Assembly (NCBI GenBank): GCA_002269645.1
Contig: NIVC01004433.1
Span: forward strand, 1 to 46,111
Direction: 5' to 3'
Length of the DNA: 46,111 nt
Source of the DNA: Macrostomum lignano
Lineage: Eukaryota
Position 1 is the stretch's first letter. Every line of letters begins with the position of its first letter. The position numbers were made by a program, and so were the translations under genes. Below the pieces are notes generated by a model. The model was not told the origin of the DNA and made no database searches. It was given only the letters and a program-made list of their open reading frames with translations. This document shows positions 21,716 to 36,600 of the stretch, piece by piece.

Positions 21716-22350
21716 ATGTCTCTGGCTCGACTGGCTCTACACCTAGCTGTGCTGAGTGTCGCTCTGGCTGCCTTCTGCGGCGCGGCAACCATGAAGCGGA
21801 GCACCGGTAATAGCATTCTTTACTGTGTCCTGACTCCCATGCCGTAGTATTTACTGTGTCCTGACTCCCGTGCCGTAGCATTCTTTACTGTGTCCTGACT
21901 CCCGTGCCGTAGCATTCTTTACTGTGTCCTGACTCCCGTGCCGTAGCATTCTTTACTGTGTCCTGACTCCCGTGCCGTAGCATTCTTTACTGTGTCCTGA
22001 CTCCCGTGCCGTAGCATTCTTTACTGTGTCCTGACTCCCGTGCCGTGATTCTCATGTTCATTTTTACAGCCCCAAAGCGACTCGGCTGCTTTAAGGACAG
22101 ACCTAAAAGAGATCTTAACGGATACGAATTGAAACAACAATATATGAAAACAGCAAACTGCGTGTATCTCTGCACAACATACAAGTACCGGTTTGCAGGA
22201 TTGCAGGCCATTGATTGGTGCCATTGTGGCAACTCATATGGTCGGTATGGCCGTGCTGCAGACTCCGAGTGCTCACTATCGTGTGATGGGGACCACTCAG
22301 ATACTTGCGGAGGACATTGGAGAAACGAAGTCTACAGTACAGGCCTATGA
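21716..22350 (+). CDS. Secreted single-WSC-domain protein W2, 123 aa, intact; exons 21716-21806 and 22070-22350
   Basis: Signal MSLARLALHLAVLSVALAAFCGA. A phase-1 GT-AG intron gives a 372-nt CDS. WSC pattern LGCFKD...RDL...M...NCVYLC...Y.FAGLQ..DWCHCGNSY...G.....ECSLSCDGD..DTCGG.WRNEVY. Confidence 0.9.
21812..22046. repeat. 34-bp minisatellite, 7 copies, filling the W2 intron
   Basis: Unit AGCATTCTTTACTGTGTCCTGACTCCCGTGCCGT at 21877, 21911, 21945 and onward. Confidence 0.95.
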
Positions 22351-22402
22351 GCTGTGAGCCAAGTTGATTCTGCGCTGCTTTGTGGCAACAGTTCATCTCT
22401 GC

Positions 22403-23415
22403 CTGCCTGCATGTCAGTCTGTCTTCCATCAATACTTGCCTGCATGTCAGTCTGTCTTCCATCAATACTTGCCTGCATGTCATTCTGTCTGCCATCAATA
22501 CTTGCTTGCATGTCAGTCTGTCTGCCATCAATACTTGCCTGCATGTCAGTCTGTCTGCCATCAATACTTGCCTGCATGTCAGTCTGTCTTCCATCAATAC
22601 TTGTCTGCATGTCAGTCTGTCTTCCATCAATACTTGTCTGCATGTCAGTCTGTCTTCCATCAATACTTGCTTGCATGTCAGTCTGTCTGCCATCAATACT
22701 TGCCTGCATGTCAGTCTGTCTGCCATCAATACTTGCCTGCATGTCAGTCTGTCTTCCATCAATACTTGTCTGCATGTCAGTCTGTCTTCCATCAATACTT
22801 GTCTGCATGTCAGTCTGTCTTCCATCAATACTAGCTTGCATGTCATTCTGTCTTCCATCAATACTAGCTTGCATGTCATTCTGTCTGCCATCAATACTTG
22901 CTTGCATGTCAGTCTGTCTGCCATCAATACTTGCCTGCATGTCAGTCTGTCTGCCATCAATACTTGCCTGCATGTCAGTCTGTCTTCCATCAATACTTGT
23001 CTGCATGTCAGTCTGTCTTCCATCAATACTTGTCTGCATGTCAGTCTGTCTTCCATCAATACTAGCTTGCATGTCATTCTGTCTGCCATCAATACTTGCT
23101 TGCATGTCAGTCTGTCTGCCATCAATACTTGCCTGCATGTCAGTCTGTCTGCCATCAATACTTGCCTGCATGTCATTCTGTCTTCCATCAATACTTGTCT
23201 GCATGTCAGTCTGTCTTCCATCAATACTTGTCTGCATGTCAGTCTGTCTTCCATCAATACTAGCTTGCATGTCATTCTGTCTGCCATCAATACTTGCTTG
23301 CATGTCAGTCTGTCTTCCATCAATACTTGCCTGCATGTCAGTCTGTCTGCCATCAATACTTGCATGTCAGTCTGTCTTCCATCAATACTTGCTTGTATGT
23401 CAGTCCGTCTGCCAT
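22403..23415. repeat. 33-bp minisatellite, about 30 copies
   Basis: Unit GCATGTCAGTCTGTCTTCCATCAATACTTGCCT; it explains the 11-aa-repeat ORFs in five frames. Confidence 0.97.
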
Positions 23416-23889
23416 CTTAATGCCCGCCTAAATTTCGTCTATTTCTTATCATCATTTTCAATACACGGCCCCAGATACTTTTGGAGTTGTTCTGCCCTTA
23501 GCATGACAATTTGATAATATTAATCCACAATTTCAGATTGAAGAAGATGCCATCAAACACGCTTGGAAAGGAAAACTGCCAGCTGTTTGATTGAAACTCA
23601 TTGACTTAAATGGATATTATTAATTGCCTTAGTGATGCATGAATAAAACTGATTGCACTTAAAATGATGACGAACAAAAAAATTTTTCTTAGCCTTTTTC
23701 TCTGCACGTTTGGGAATTTATTTGGAGATACAGCACTGGCTGTTCTGGGAGTGGGTCTGAAAGTTCGGGGTCTCTGATCAAGCCATTGATAAATAGAGGT
23801 TGTGCCATAGACAAACATCAATGCGGCAGGAAAATGGGCACTCTCAGGGTGAGAAGACTTAAATAAAATTGAAATATGAAGCATATTTT

Positions 23890-28239
<4,350 letters not shown>

Positions 28240-28244
28240 CGTAG

Positions 28245-30352
28245 TTAGACCTAGATCTAGACCTAGACCTAGACGTAGACCTAGTTAGTCAATGGGATGC
28301 TGGGTATAAGACTGAATGTCTGTGACAACATTGGTCCCATGGGGGGTGTTTTGTGGGTTTTGTGGCCCTACGGTAAGAAAAGTACATGCATGGAGGAGCT
28401 CACCAGTGTTCTCGAGTCCAGGTACCTTCAGTCGATGGTTCAACCTTTGTAACTCGTTCTGAAGTTCGCCGGGAGAGATGTTGAACCTCTTCCCCTGGTC
28501 CTTCGAGGCCCAGCGGAAGCCCACCTGCCAGCCTGTCCTCAGTGTGTCTTGGTCAACGTTGCCGGAGGCCTCTAGCAATTCGTCCGCAGTGTTGATCATG
28601 CAAAGCTGGTAGTGGCCCTCCATCGTGTCCTGTGTGCTAGTTTCCCAGGCCTCCGCGTTCTCCTTATCTCGTTTGATGGTTCCGTCGGTAGGCATAGCCG
28701 GTCGGATGAAGGATTCTAGCTGTTCAGCTTTTTATGTACACTTGTCGGCACATTGCGCCAGTTATTCAAGTGGTGGGCAGCCCGAAAGAGTTTCTTAGAC
28801 AGGAGAGCGAGTTGAGACGCGTCATTCGGTAGAGCCACTGCGGCGTGGGCGCGAGGGTCAGCATCTTTTCTTCGAGAATAACGTCGCTCGTCATTGTGTT
28901 TCATAGTTCGTCGAGGTTCGTTGTCGTTGCGGTGAGATTTAAAGTTGTTACCTCGAGCCTCACCCTGAGCACGGTAAGGTACGCCGCGGTTCCGGCGATC
29001 GTTCCAGGACTTTTCCCGTTGTTGGTGCGCCCATCTAGCAGCGTCTGGAGGCCTGTGGTCTGGCCGTGAGCAGTGTTGATGCCCTCCAGTGCGGGTGTTT
29101 TGATGTTGTCGGTTATTTCGCTCGGCAGGTTTTCTTTCAGAATTGTGCCATGTGCGGCTGCTTCTCGGCATTCTAGAATAGCCAAAGAGAGAGCTGACTG
29201 GTCCAGGGAGTAGATAGACGTTTGAAAAAACCTCTCACGCAGTGGCAGTTCTAATCAAGGTAAGTGAGAAATAAATAAGATAGTCACAAAGGTAAAAAAA
29301 TATAAGAATTATGGTAAACCGATATTTCGGCCGTGAAATGGCCTTCGTCAGGGTTTTACAATAGTATAATTGTGCTATAAAATGGAACGAAGTTCATATG
29401 GTAAGTGGGAAATAAAATGTATTGTGAGTTAGTTTATAAAATCAAATAGCGCCTCCGTCGCACGTTGCTCAATAGTGCTCACTCTGAAAGTTTAATCAAT
29501 ACCATCAGTGAGGGCAGGCAGTTTTGAGGGGCAAAGAATGTCCTTTAGAGAGGGTGCTCGAGTGTACGCAGCAAAAGTGTCCAACCCATGTGCATGGTTT
29601 GAGAGAACAGTGCGAATTTCGTGTACAATATTAGTCGATCTATCCGTAAAAGGAATAACTATTGGGATACAAGTGCTTTTGTGTTGCTGTTAATTGTATT
29701 GAGGCCTGCGGGTGACTGCGTGCTCAGCAGGGAGATGAGTTTCTGTTCCATGACCCTGCGTCTGCGTAGCGCTCCTTTGCTGGTCTCGCTCTCGGTGCTG
29801 AGATACTAGAGCCCCATAAAGCGAAGATCGTCGAGGCAGTGATTCGAAGAGCAAAAATGTCTGCTAACAGGGGTGTCCTTAGCGAGCCTAATGTCACTTA
29901 GGTGGGCCTGGAGTCTGACCTTGATAGCTCCACCTGTTTCGCCGACATAAATGCAACGGCCATTGCAGGTGTTGCAAAGAATTGCGTAGACCGCGCACCT
30001 GGAATCACAGCGGACCTTCTGACAAATTCTGTAGGCCATTTTAGTTGCTGTGGAACCGGGACAAAGTTGGCCAAAGCAGCCGTGTCGTCGGCATACAGCA
30101 CAGTCTCCGTTTCTGCAGTCTTGGAAGCCGAAAGCCCACTGAAAATCTATGTAAAATCCAAGTTGTATGAGAGCTGACTTTTTAGCGTCTCGGATCAAGC
30201 GGACTGTGTCCCTGCTTTTTAAGGATGCTCATCAGGCTGCTGCAAGCCTTGTCAAAGTCCACTTTGAAGGTGCAGCGGCAAGCGTAGCGGAGAAACTGGG
30301 ATTTCATGATGCCTTTGAATGTGTGCTTTGGGTGAAAAGAATTCGGGTTCAA
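28245..30352 (-). mobile_element. Penelope-like element (Neptune/Naiad-like): 5'-truncated copy (RT thumb, Cys linker, GIY-YIG), UTR with hammerhead, then N-terminal ORF region of a tandem copy
   Basis: Thumb-like LNPNSFHPKHTFKGIMKSQFLRY..RC....DF (30200-30350). Linker C..GDCAVC. GIY-YIG VYAILCNTC...YVGETG...RLQAHLSDIR...PVSRHF...H...L.FMGL*...R.MEQKLI.LL.T..PAGLN (29660-30130, one premature TAG). The N-terminal region LFRAAHHLNNWRNVPTSVHKKL../..PAMPTD (28285-28900) resembles PLE N-termini (weaker evidence). Confidence 0.82.
29314..29359 (-). ncRNA. Minimal type I hammerhead ribozyme (Penelope-associated)
   Basis: Minus strand GTAAAACC-CTGACGA-A-GGCC atttcac GGCC-GAAA-TATC-GGTTTAC: stem I (GT AAAA CC / GG TTT AC), CUGANGA core, 4-bp stem II, GAAA, loopless palindromic stem III (ATAT), cleavage triplet AUC. 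Confidence 0.8.
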
Positions 30353-30406
30353 TTAGTTAGTTAGTTAGTAAGTTAGTTAGTTAGTTAGTTGGTTAGTTAG
30401 TTAGTA

Positions 30407-30469
<63 letters not shown>

Positions 30470-30582
30470 AAGTTAGTTAGTTAGTTAGTTGGTTAGTTAG
30501 TTAGTTAGTTAGTTAGTAAGTTAGTTAGTTAGTTAGTTAGTTAGTAAGTTAGTTAGTTAGTTAGTTGGTTAGTTAGTTAGTA

Positions 30583-30672
<90 letters not shown>
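30353..30672. repeat. (TTAG)n microsatellite, about 80 units with AAG/TGG variants
   Basis: Direct reading. Confidence 0.97.
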
Positions 30673-31244
30673 ATGAAGGCAGTTAATTAGGGATACTAAC
30701 CTTAGTGCTTAGTTTGTCAGTCAGTTCTGTAATGCCTTCTAATGTCGAGAGCGTTTTCAACTCAAGCATCTAATTCTCCGCATGTTTCAGAGGTATGCTG
30801 CTGCATTCGTGTGATAAGCATTATTGGGAGAGTTGCGAAAACAGGTCATATCAAAATTAATTAAGAATTGCCTGACTTTGGGGGCAGAAATACAACAGCA
30901 AGAGAAGTGCCTGTCCTCATTTAGAGTGATAAACATGGATAGTTATAAAAAACAAAGGAAAAACACTATACGAAGGGAAGATGAAGGCAGTTAATTGGCG
31001 ACAAGTATAAACTAAACTGAAAACTACAGACCAGTAAAACACAAATAACATTCGACAGTTTACTACGAACTACTTATACGTGTATCGGAGATCTTATGAA
31101 TTGAGAAGGAAAAGTATTCAAAATAGTGATAAAACTGCCGAAGTTATTCAGTTCTTTGTTGGCTTTTTCATTGGCAATGAAAGCTTCGACAGAATGCCTC
31201 GATAACCTTCAAACGAATATTTATGTCCCATTTGCCACAAAAAA

Positions 31245-32246
31245 TCACAGTACCATCATCTCGAACTCCTTCAGCGAGTAGTGAACATCATAAAAATGAA
31301 TCCACATGATGCCCTGAGCGTACGGACCTCCGATGGCCTCAGAGAAGTTCTTGTACTGTCCGTTCGGATGGGCGAGAAAGCAGGCGGCGAACCACCATGC
31401 TCCAGAATATTCCTGGGCGCAGCTGTAACCGGAAATGTCGTTGTCAGCGTCCTTGGTGCTGAACTGCATGCCGTTGCCGTCCGAGAAGCTGTCGCCCACT
31501 TTGGCACTGCCGGTCGAGAAGCCGGACACGTTCAGCCGGTACTTGCCGGACTCAGGACCGACTGAGAAGCTGGAGTACTCAGCCCAGGTTTCCAAATTGT
31601 CCCAATCAGTGATCAAAAACCTCACTTTTCGGCTTTTAGACCTCGTAAGCTCGTGAAGCGAGTTCAGACCTGTAAATCGGGCACAGCTCGTAGCAGACTC
31701 AACCGAAAAGGAAGCGAATGAGGCAGATCTTGGATTCACCACTCACCAATCCAGTAGTTTCCGTCGGGTCCCTCGCCGAACTCGCTCTGGTACTGAGTCC
31801 AGTTACGGTAAAAGTCCACTGAGCCGGACACCCTGTGCTGCACGGTGGTCCAGCAGTCACTGCCGGCTGTCTGCAAGGTGACACAGGTTTGTCAGCTTTT
31901 CTACTCTGTGTTAAAGTGTGGTAGTAATGCTGACGTGTCTAACAAAGTGACTCACCCACACTCGCTGAGCTCCCTTGTTCGCATTGCGGCACTTCCTGCA
32001 GTGGCTCAGGCCCAGGCGACACCTGAAGTGAGCGCACAGGCCGGAGCTGGCGTTGAACGTCACCAGCTGCACAGCGGAGTCGCTGCTGGCAGCAGCTGAG
32101 CACTCGATTTCAGACTCAGTTGAGACCGACCTCACGGCCTCGTAGTCGGAGAGGCTCTCGCGACTAAAAAACCACCTGCGCTCAGTGTAAGCTGCAGCAC
32201 AGTCGGTAACGACGAGCGCGGCCAGCAGCATAATTACCTGGTGCAT
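31245..32246 (-). CDS. FReD locus G6: secreted PAN/apple-like + fibrinogen C-terminal domain protein, 279 aa, intact; exons 32246-31956, 31870-31747, 31669-31245
   Basis: Signal [19 protein letters not shown]. 291+124+425 = 840 nt open CDS with the same intron phases as G1/G4. FBG motifs [36 protein letters not shown]. Confidence 0.92.
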
Positions 32247-33014
32247 TCTGAGCAGTTAGTGAGCTGGCTTGCTGAGCATAGCAGGGATGTCATAAAAATC
32301 GCAAGACCTGAGATCTGCAAAGTTTTTTTTCATTTTATGGCAGCTCCTGTTTAGAAAAATTGCAAAACACTTCGTGGCGGACGCCGCGATTGTTGTTGGC
32401 TGCATCAATCCGGAAGATGGAGAAGGCTGGAGTTTCCCGCTGTGCTCCTCAGGATTAACTTCGGCCCACAGGCTCCTCGGTTCAGTCTAAACCAGTCTAA
32501 AACTTTCTTTTGTCTCGCCAGTAGTTGAATGCGGGGAACTCGGCAGTTTCCCATTATGTGTTTCTTTTATTTCCCGTTGAGTCGCATTTTAATTCTTGCA
32601 TGGTAATCCAGGATAGGTTTCTATGGAAGCAGACGACTCGCCCATCACCCCCTTCCTATGCATCGTGTGGGAGCATTGGGAAGACAAGGTCCAGCGCAGG
32701 CTCTCCCATGGTTTTTCAAGACAATGATATTCTGATTCTCCAGCAATGGGAGATGTGTGTTGCTACAGGTGAAGACTCTCTTGAGAAGGCTGCCTGGAAG
32801 GCTTCATGAAAATAAAAGAGAAAAAAATTGTTTCTGAAAGGAACAAACCTTTACTTATTATATTGGTTGTCATAGTCATAAAAAATCTATCAGTAATCAG
32901 TTTTTATGACCAAAATACACGAGATTATGTTGAATTGAAAAACAAATGTGCCGCTTTCAAATGACACTGAAGTTGCGTTTGAAGCTGCTGCCATTTTTGC
33001 TCTGAGACTGCGTG

Positions 33015-33190
33015 TCGGAACTAACCAACTAACTAACGAACAAACAAACAAACAAACTCCTTTATACTAAAAATGTGATGTTTATAATAATATATATATG
33101 TGATAGATTAGAGAAAAACGGCTTAACCGATTTTCATGAGACTTGCACTGTTCGATCAGAAATTTTCCCGGGACGGTACATGTATCTTGG
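33015..33190. mobile_element. Possible Helentron/HINE-like remnants
   Basis: (AACT/AACA)n followed by ACTCCTTTATA, and AAACGGCTTAACCGATTTTCATGA, resemble termini of common invertebrate non-autonomous rolling-circle elements. Pattern recognition only. Confidence 0.3.
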
Positions 33191-33669
33191 CTAAGAAATT
33201 GCTAAATGCTAAAGGCATTAAATATTCGAAAAACATGCTTTTTTGCAAAGGTCAAGCAAACTTTTCGACTTGAAATGCATTGTAAGAATGCTAGAGAAAA
33301 AACTGACTGGTTGAATTCTGATTCTGAAATAGATTGCATCATAACTGAAATGTAACTCCGACTTGAATTGCGTCGCAGTATTGAAAATGCAGTGTGGAAG
33401 CGTAGCACCAGACTTGATTTAGATTGCGTAACCATATTGTCAACTTTAATTGAGACTGATGCTGACTTGCCTGGGAAATTGATTATGTCATAACTGCTTC
33501 GTGAGTGAGTGTTGAATTATATAAGTGCTACAATTTCATTTATAAATTCGATAAGATCTAGCCTAGATGTGAACAGACTGGACTGCAAATGCAGCGACCT
33601 GGGTTCGAATGATAGTAGTGAAAAATTTTTTATTAAAAGCTTTTATTAAAAAAATAATAAAAGACAAAA

Positions 33670-36600
33670 GGCGTCATGTAAAAAATCATAGAAGCGTCAT
33701 GTAAACAATCATAGAAGCGTCATGAAAAAATCATAAAAGCGTCATGTAAAAAATCATAGAAGCATCATGTAAAACATCATAGAAGCGCCATGTAAACAAT
33801 CATAGAAGCGTCATGTAAACAATCATAGAAGCGTCATGTAAACAATCATAGAAGCGTCATCTAAAAAGTCATAGAAGCGTCATGTAAAAAATCATAGAAG
33901 CGCCATGTACACAATCATAAAAGCGTCATGTAAACAATCATAGAAGCGTCATGTAAAAAATCATAGAAGCGTCATGTAAACAATCATAGAAGCGTCATGT
34001 AAAAAATCATAGAAACGTCATGTAAAAAATCATAGAAGCGCCATGTACGCAATCATAGAAGCGTCATGTAAACAATCATAGAAGCGTCATGTAAACAATC
34101 ATAGAAGCGTCATCTAAAAAGTCATAGAAGCGCCATGTACACAATCATAGAAGCGTCATGTAAACAATCATAGAAGCGTCATGTAAACAATCATAGAAGC
34201 GTCATGTAAACAATCATAGAAGCGTCATGTAAACAATCATAGAAGCGTCATGTAAACAATCATCGAAGCGTCATCTAAAAAGTCATAGAAGCGTCTTGTA
34301 AAAATCATAGGAGCGTCATCTAAAAAGTCATAGAAGCGTCATGAAAAAATCATAGGAGCGTCATCTAAAAAGTCATAGAAGCGTCATGTAAACAATCATA
34401 GAAGCGTCATTTAAACAATCATAGAAGCGTCATGTAAAAAATCATAGAAGCGCCATGTACACAATCATAGAAGCGTCATGTAAACAATCATAGAAGCGTC
34501 ATGTAAACAATCATAGAAGCGTCATCTAAAAAGTCATAGAAGCGTCATGTAAACAATCATAGAAGCGTCATGTAAACAATCATAGAAGCGTCATGTAAAC
34601 AATCATCGAAGCGTCATCTAAAAAGTCATAGAAGCGTCTTGTAAAAATCATAGGAGCGTCATCTAAAAAGTCATAGAAGCGTCATGAAAAAATCATAGGA
34701 GCGTCATCTAAAAAGTCATAGAAGCGTCTTGTAAAAATCATAGGAGCGTCATCTAAAAAGTCATAGAAGCGTCATGAAAAAATCATAGGAGCGTCATCTA
34801 AAAAGTCATAGAAGCGTCATGTAAACAATCATAGAAGCGTCATGTAAACAATCATAGAAGCGTCATGTAAACAATCATAGAAGCGTCATGTAAACAATCA
34901 TAGAAGCGTCATGTAAACAATCATCGAAGCGTCATGTAAACAATCATAGAAGCGTCATGTAAACAATCATCGAAGCGTCATCTAAAAAGTCATAGAAGCG
35001 TCTTGTAAAAATCATAGGAGCGTCATCTAAAAAGTGATAGAAGCGTCATGAAAAAATCATAGGAGCGTCATGTAAACAATCATCGAAGCGTCATGTAAAC
35101 AATCATAGAAGCGTCATGTAAACAATCATAGAAGCGTCATGAAAAAAATCATAGAAGCGCCATGTACACAATCATAGAAGCGTCATGTAAACAATCATCG
35201 AAGCGTCATGTAAACAATCAAAGAAGCGTCATGTAAACAATCATAGAAGCGTCATGTAAAAAATCATAGGAGCGTCATGTAAACAATCATAGAATCGTCA
35301 TGTAAACAATCATAGAAGCGTCATGTAAAAAATCATAGAAGCGCCATGTACACAATCATAGAAGCGTCATGTAAACAATCATAGAAGCGTCATGTAAACA
35401 ATCATAGAAGCGTCATGTAAACAATCATCGAAGCGTCATCTAAAAAGTCATAGAAGCGTCATGTAAACAATCATAGAAGCGTCATGTAAACAATCATAAA
35501 AGCGTCATGTAAACAATCATAGAAGCGTCATGTAAACAATCATAGAAGCGTCATGTAAACAATCATAGAAGCGTCATGTAAACAATCATAGAAGCGTCAT
35601 GTAAAAAATCATAGAAGCGTCATGTAAACAATCATAGAAGCGTCATGTAAAAAATCATAGAAACGTCATGTAAAAAATCATAGAAGCGCCATGTACGCAA
35701 TCATAGAAGCGTCATGTAAACAATCATAGAAGCGTCATGTAAACAATCATAGAAGCGTCATGTAAAAAATCATGGAAGCGCCATGTACACAATCATAGAA
35801 GCGCCATGTACACAATCATAGAAGCGTCATGTAAACAATCATAGAAGCGTCATGTAAACAATCATAGAAGCGTCATGTAAATAATCATAGAAGCGTCATG
35901 TAAACAATCATAGAAGCGTCATTTAAACAATCATCGAAGCGTCATCTAAAAAGTCATAGAAGCGTCTTGTAAAAATCATAGGAGCGTCATCTAAAAAGTC
36001 ATAGAAGCGTCATGAAAAAATCATAGGAGCGTCATCTAAAAAGTTATAGAAGCGTCATGTAAACAATCATAGAAGCGTCATGTAAACAATCATAGAAGCG
36101 TCATGTAAACAATCATAGAAGCGTCATGTAAACAATCATAGAAGCGTCATGTAAACAATCATAGAAGCGTCATGTAAACAATCATCGAAGCGTCATGTAA
36201 ACAATCATAGAAGCGTCATGTAAACAATCATAGAAGCGTCATGTAAACAATCATAGGAGCGTCATGTAAAAAATCATAGAATCGTCATGTAAACAATCAT
36301 AGAAGCGTCATGAAAAAATCATAAAAGCGTCATGTAAAAAATCATAGAAGCATCATGTAAAAAATCATAGAAGCGCCATGTAAACAATCATAGAAGCGTC
36401 ATGTAAACAATCATAGAAGCGTCATGTAAACAATCATAGAAGCGTCATGTAAACAATCATAAAAGCGTCATGTAAACAATCATAGAAGCGTCATGTAAAC
36501 AATCATAGAAGCGTCATGTAAACAATCATAGAAGCGTCATGTAAACAATCATAGAAGCGTCATGTAAACAATCATAGAAGCGTCATGTAAACAATCATCG

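Noticed and set aside
22115-23514. The 334-416 aa ORFs as real repeat proteins
   Set aside because: They arise because a 33-bp unit (a multiple of 3) lacks stops in most frames. The ORFs begin and end with the array and have no signal peptide or unique domain.
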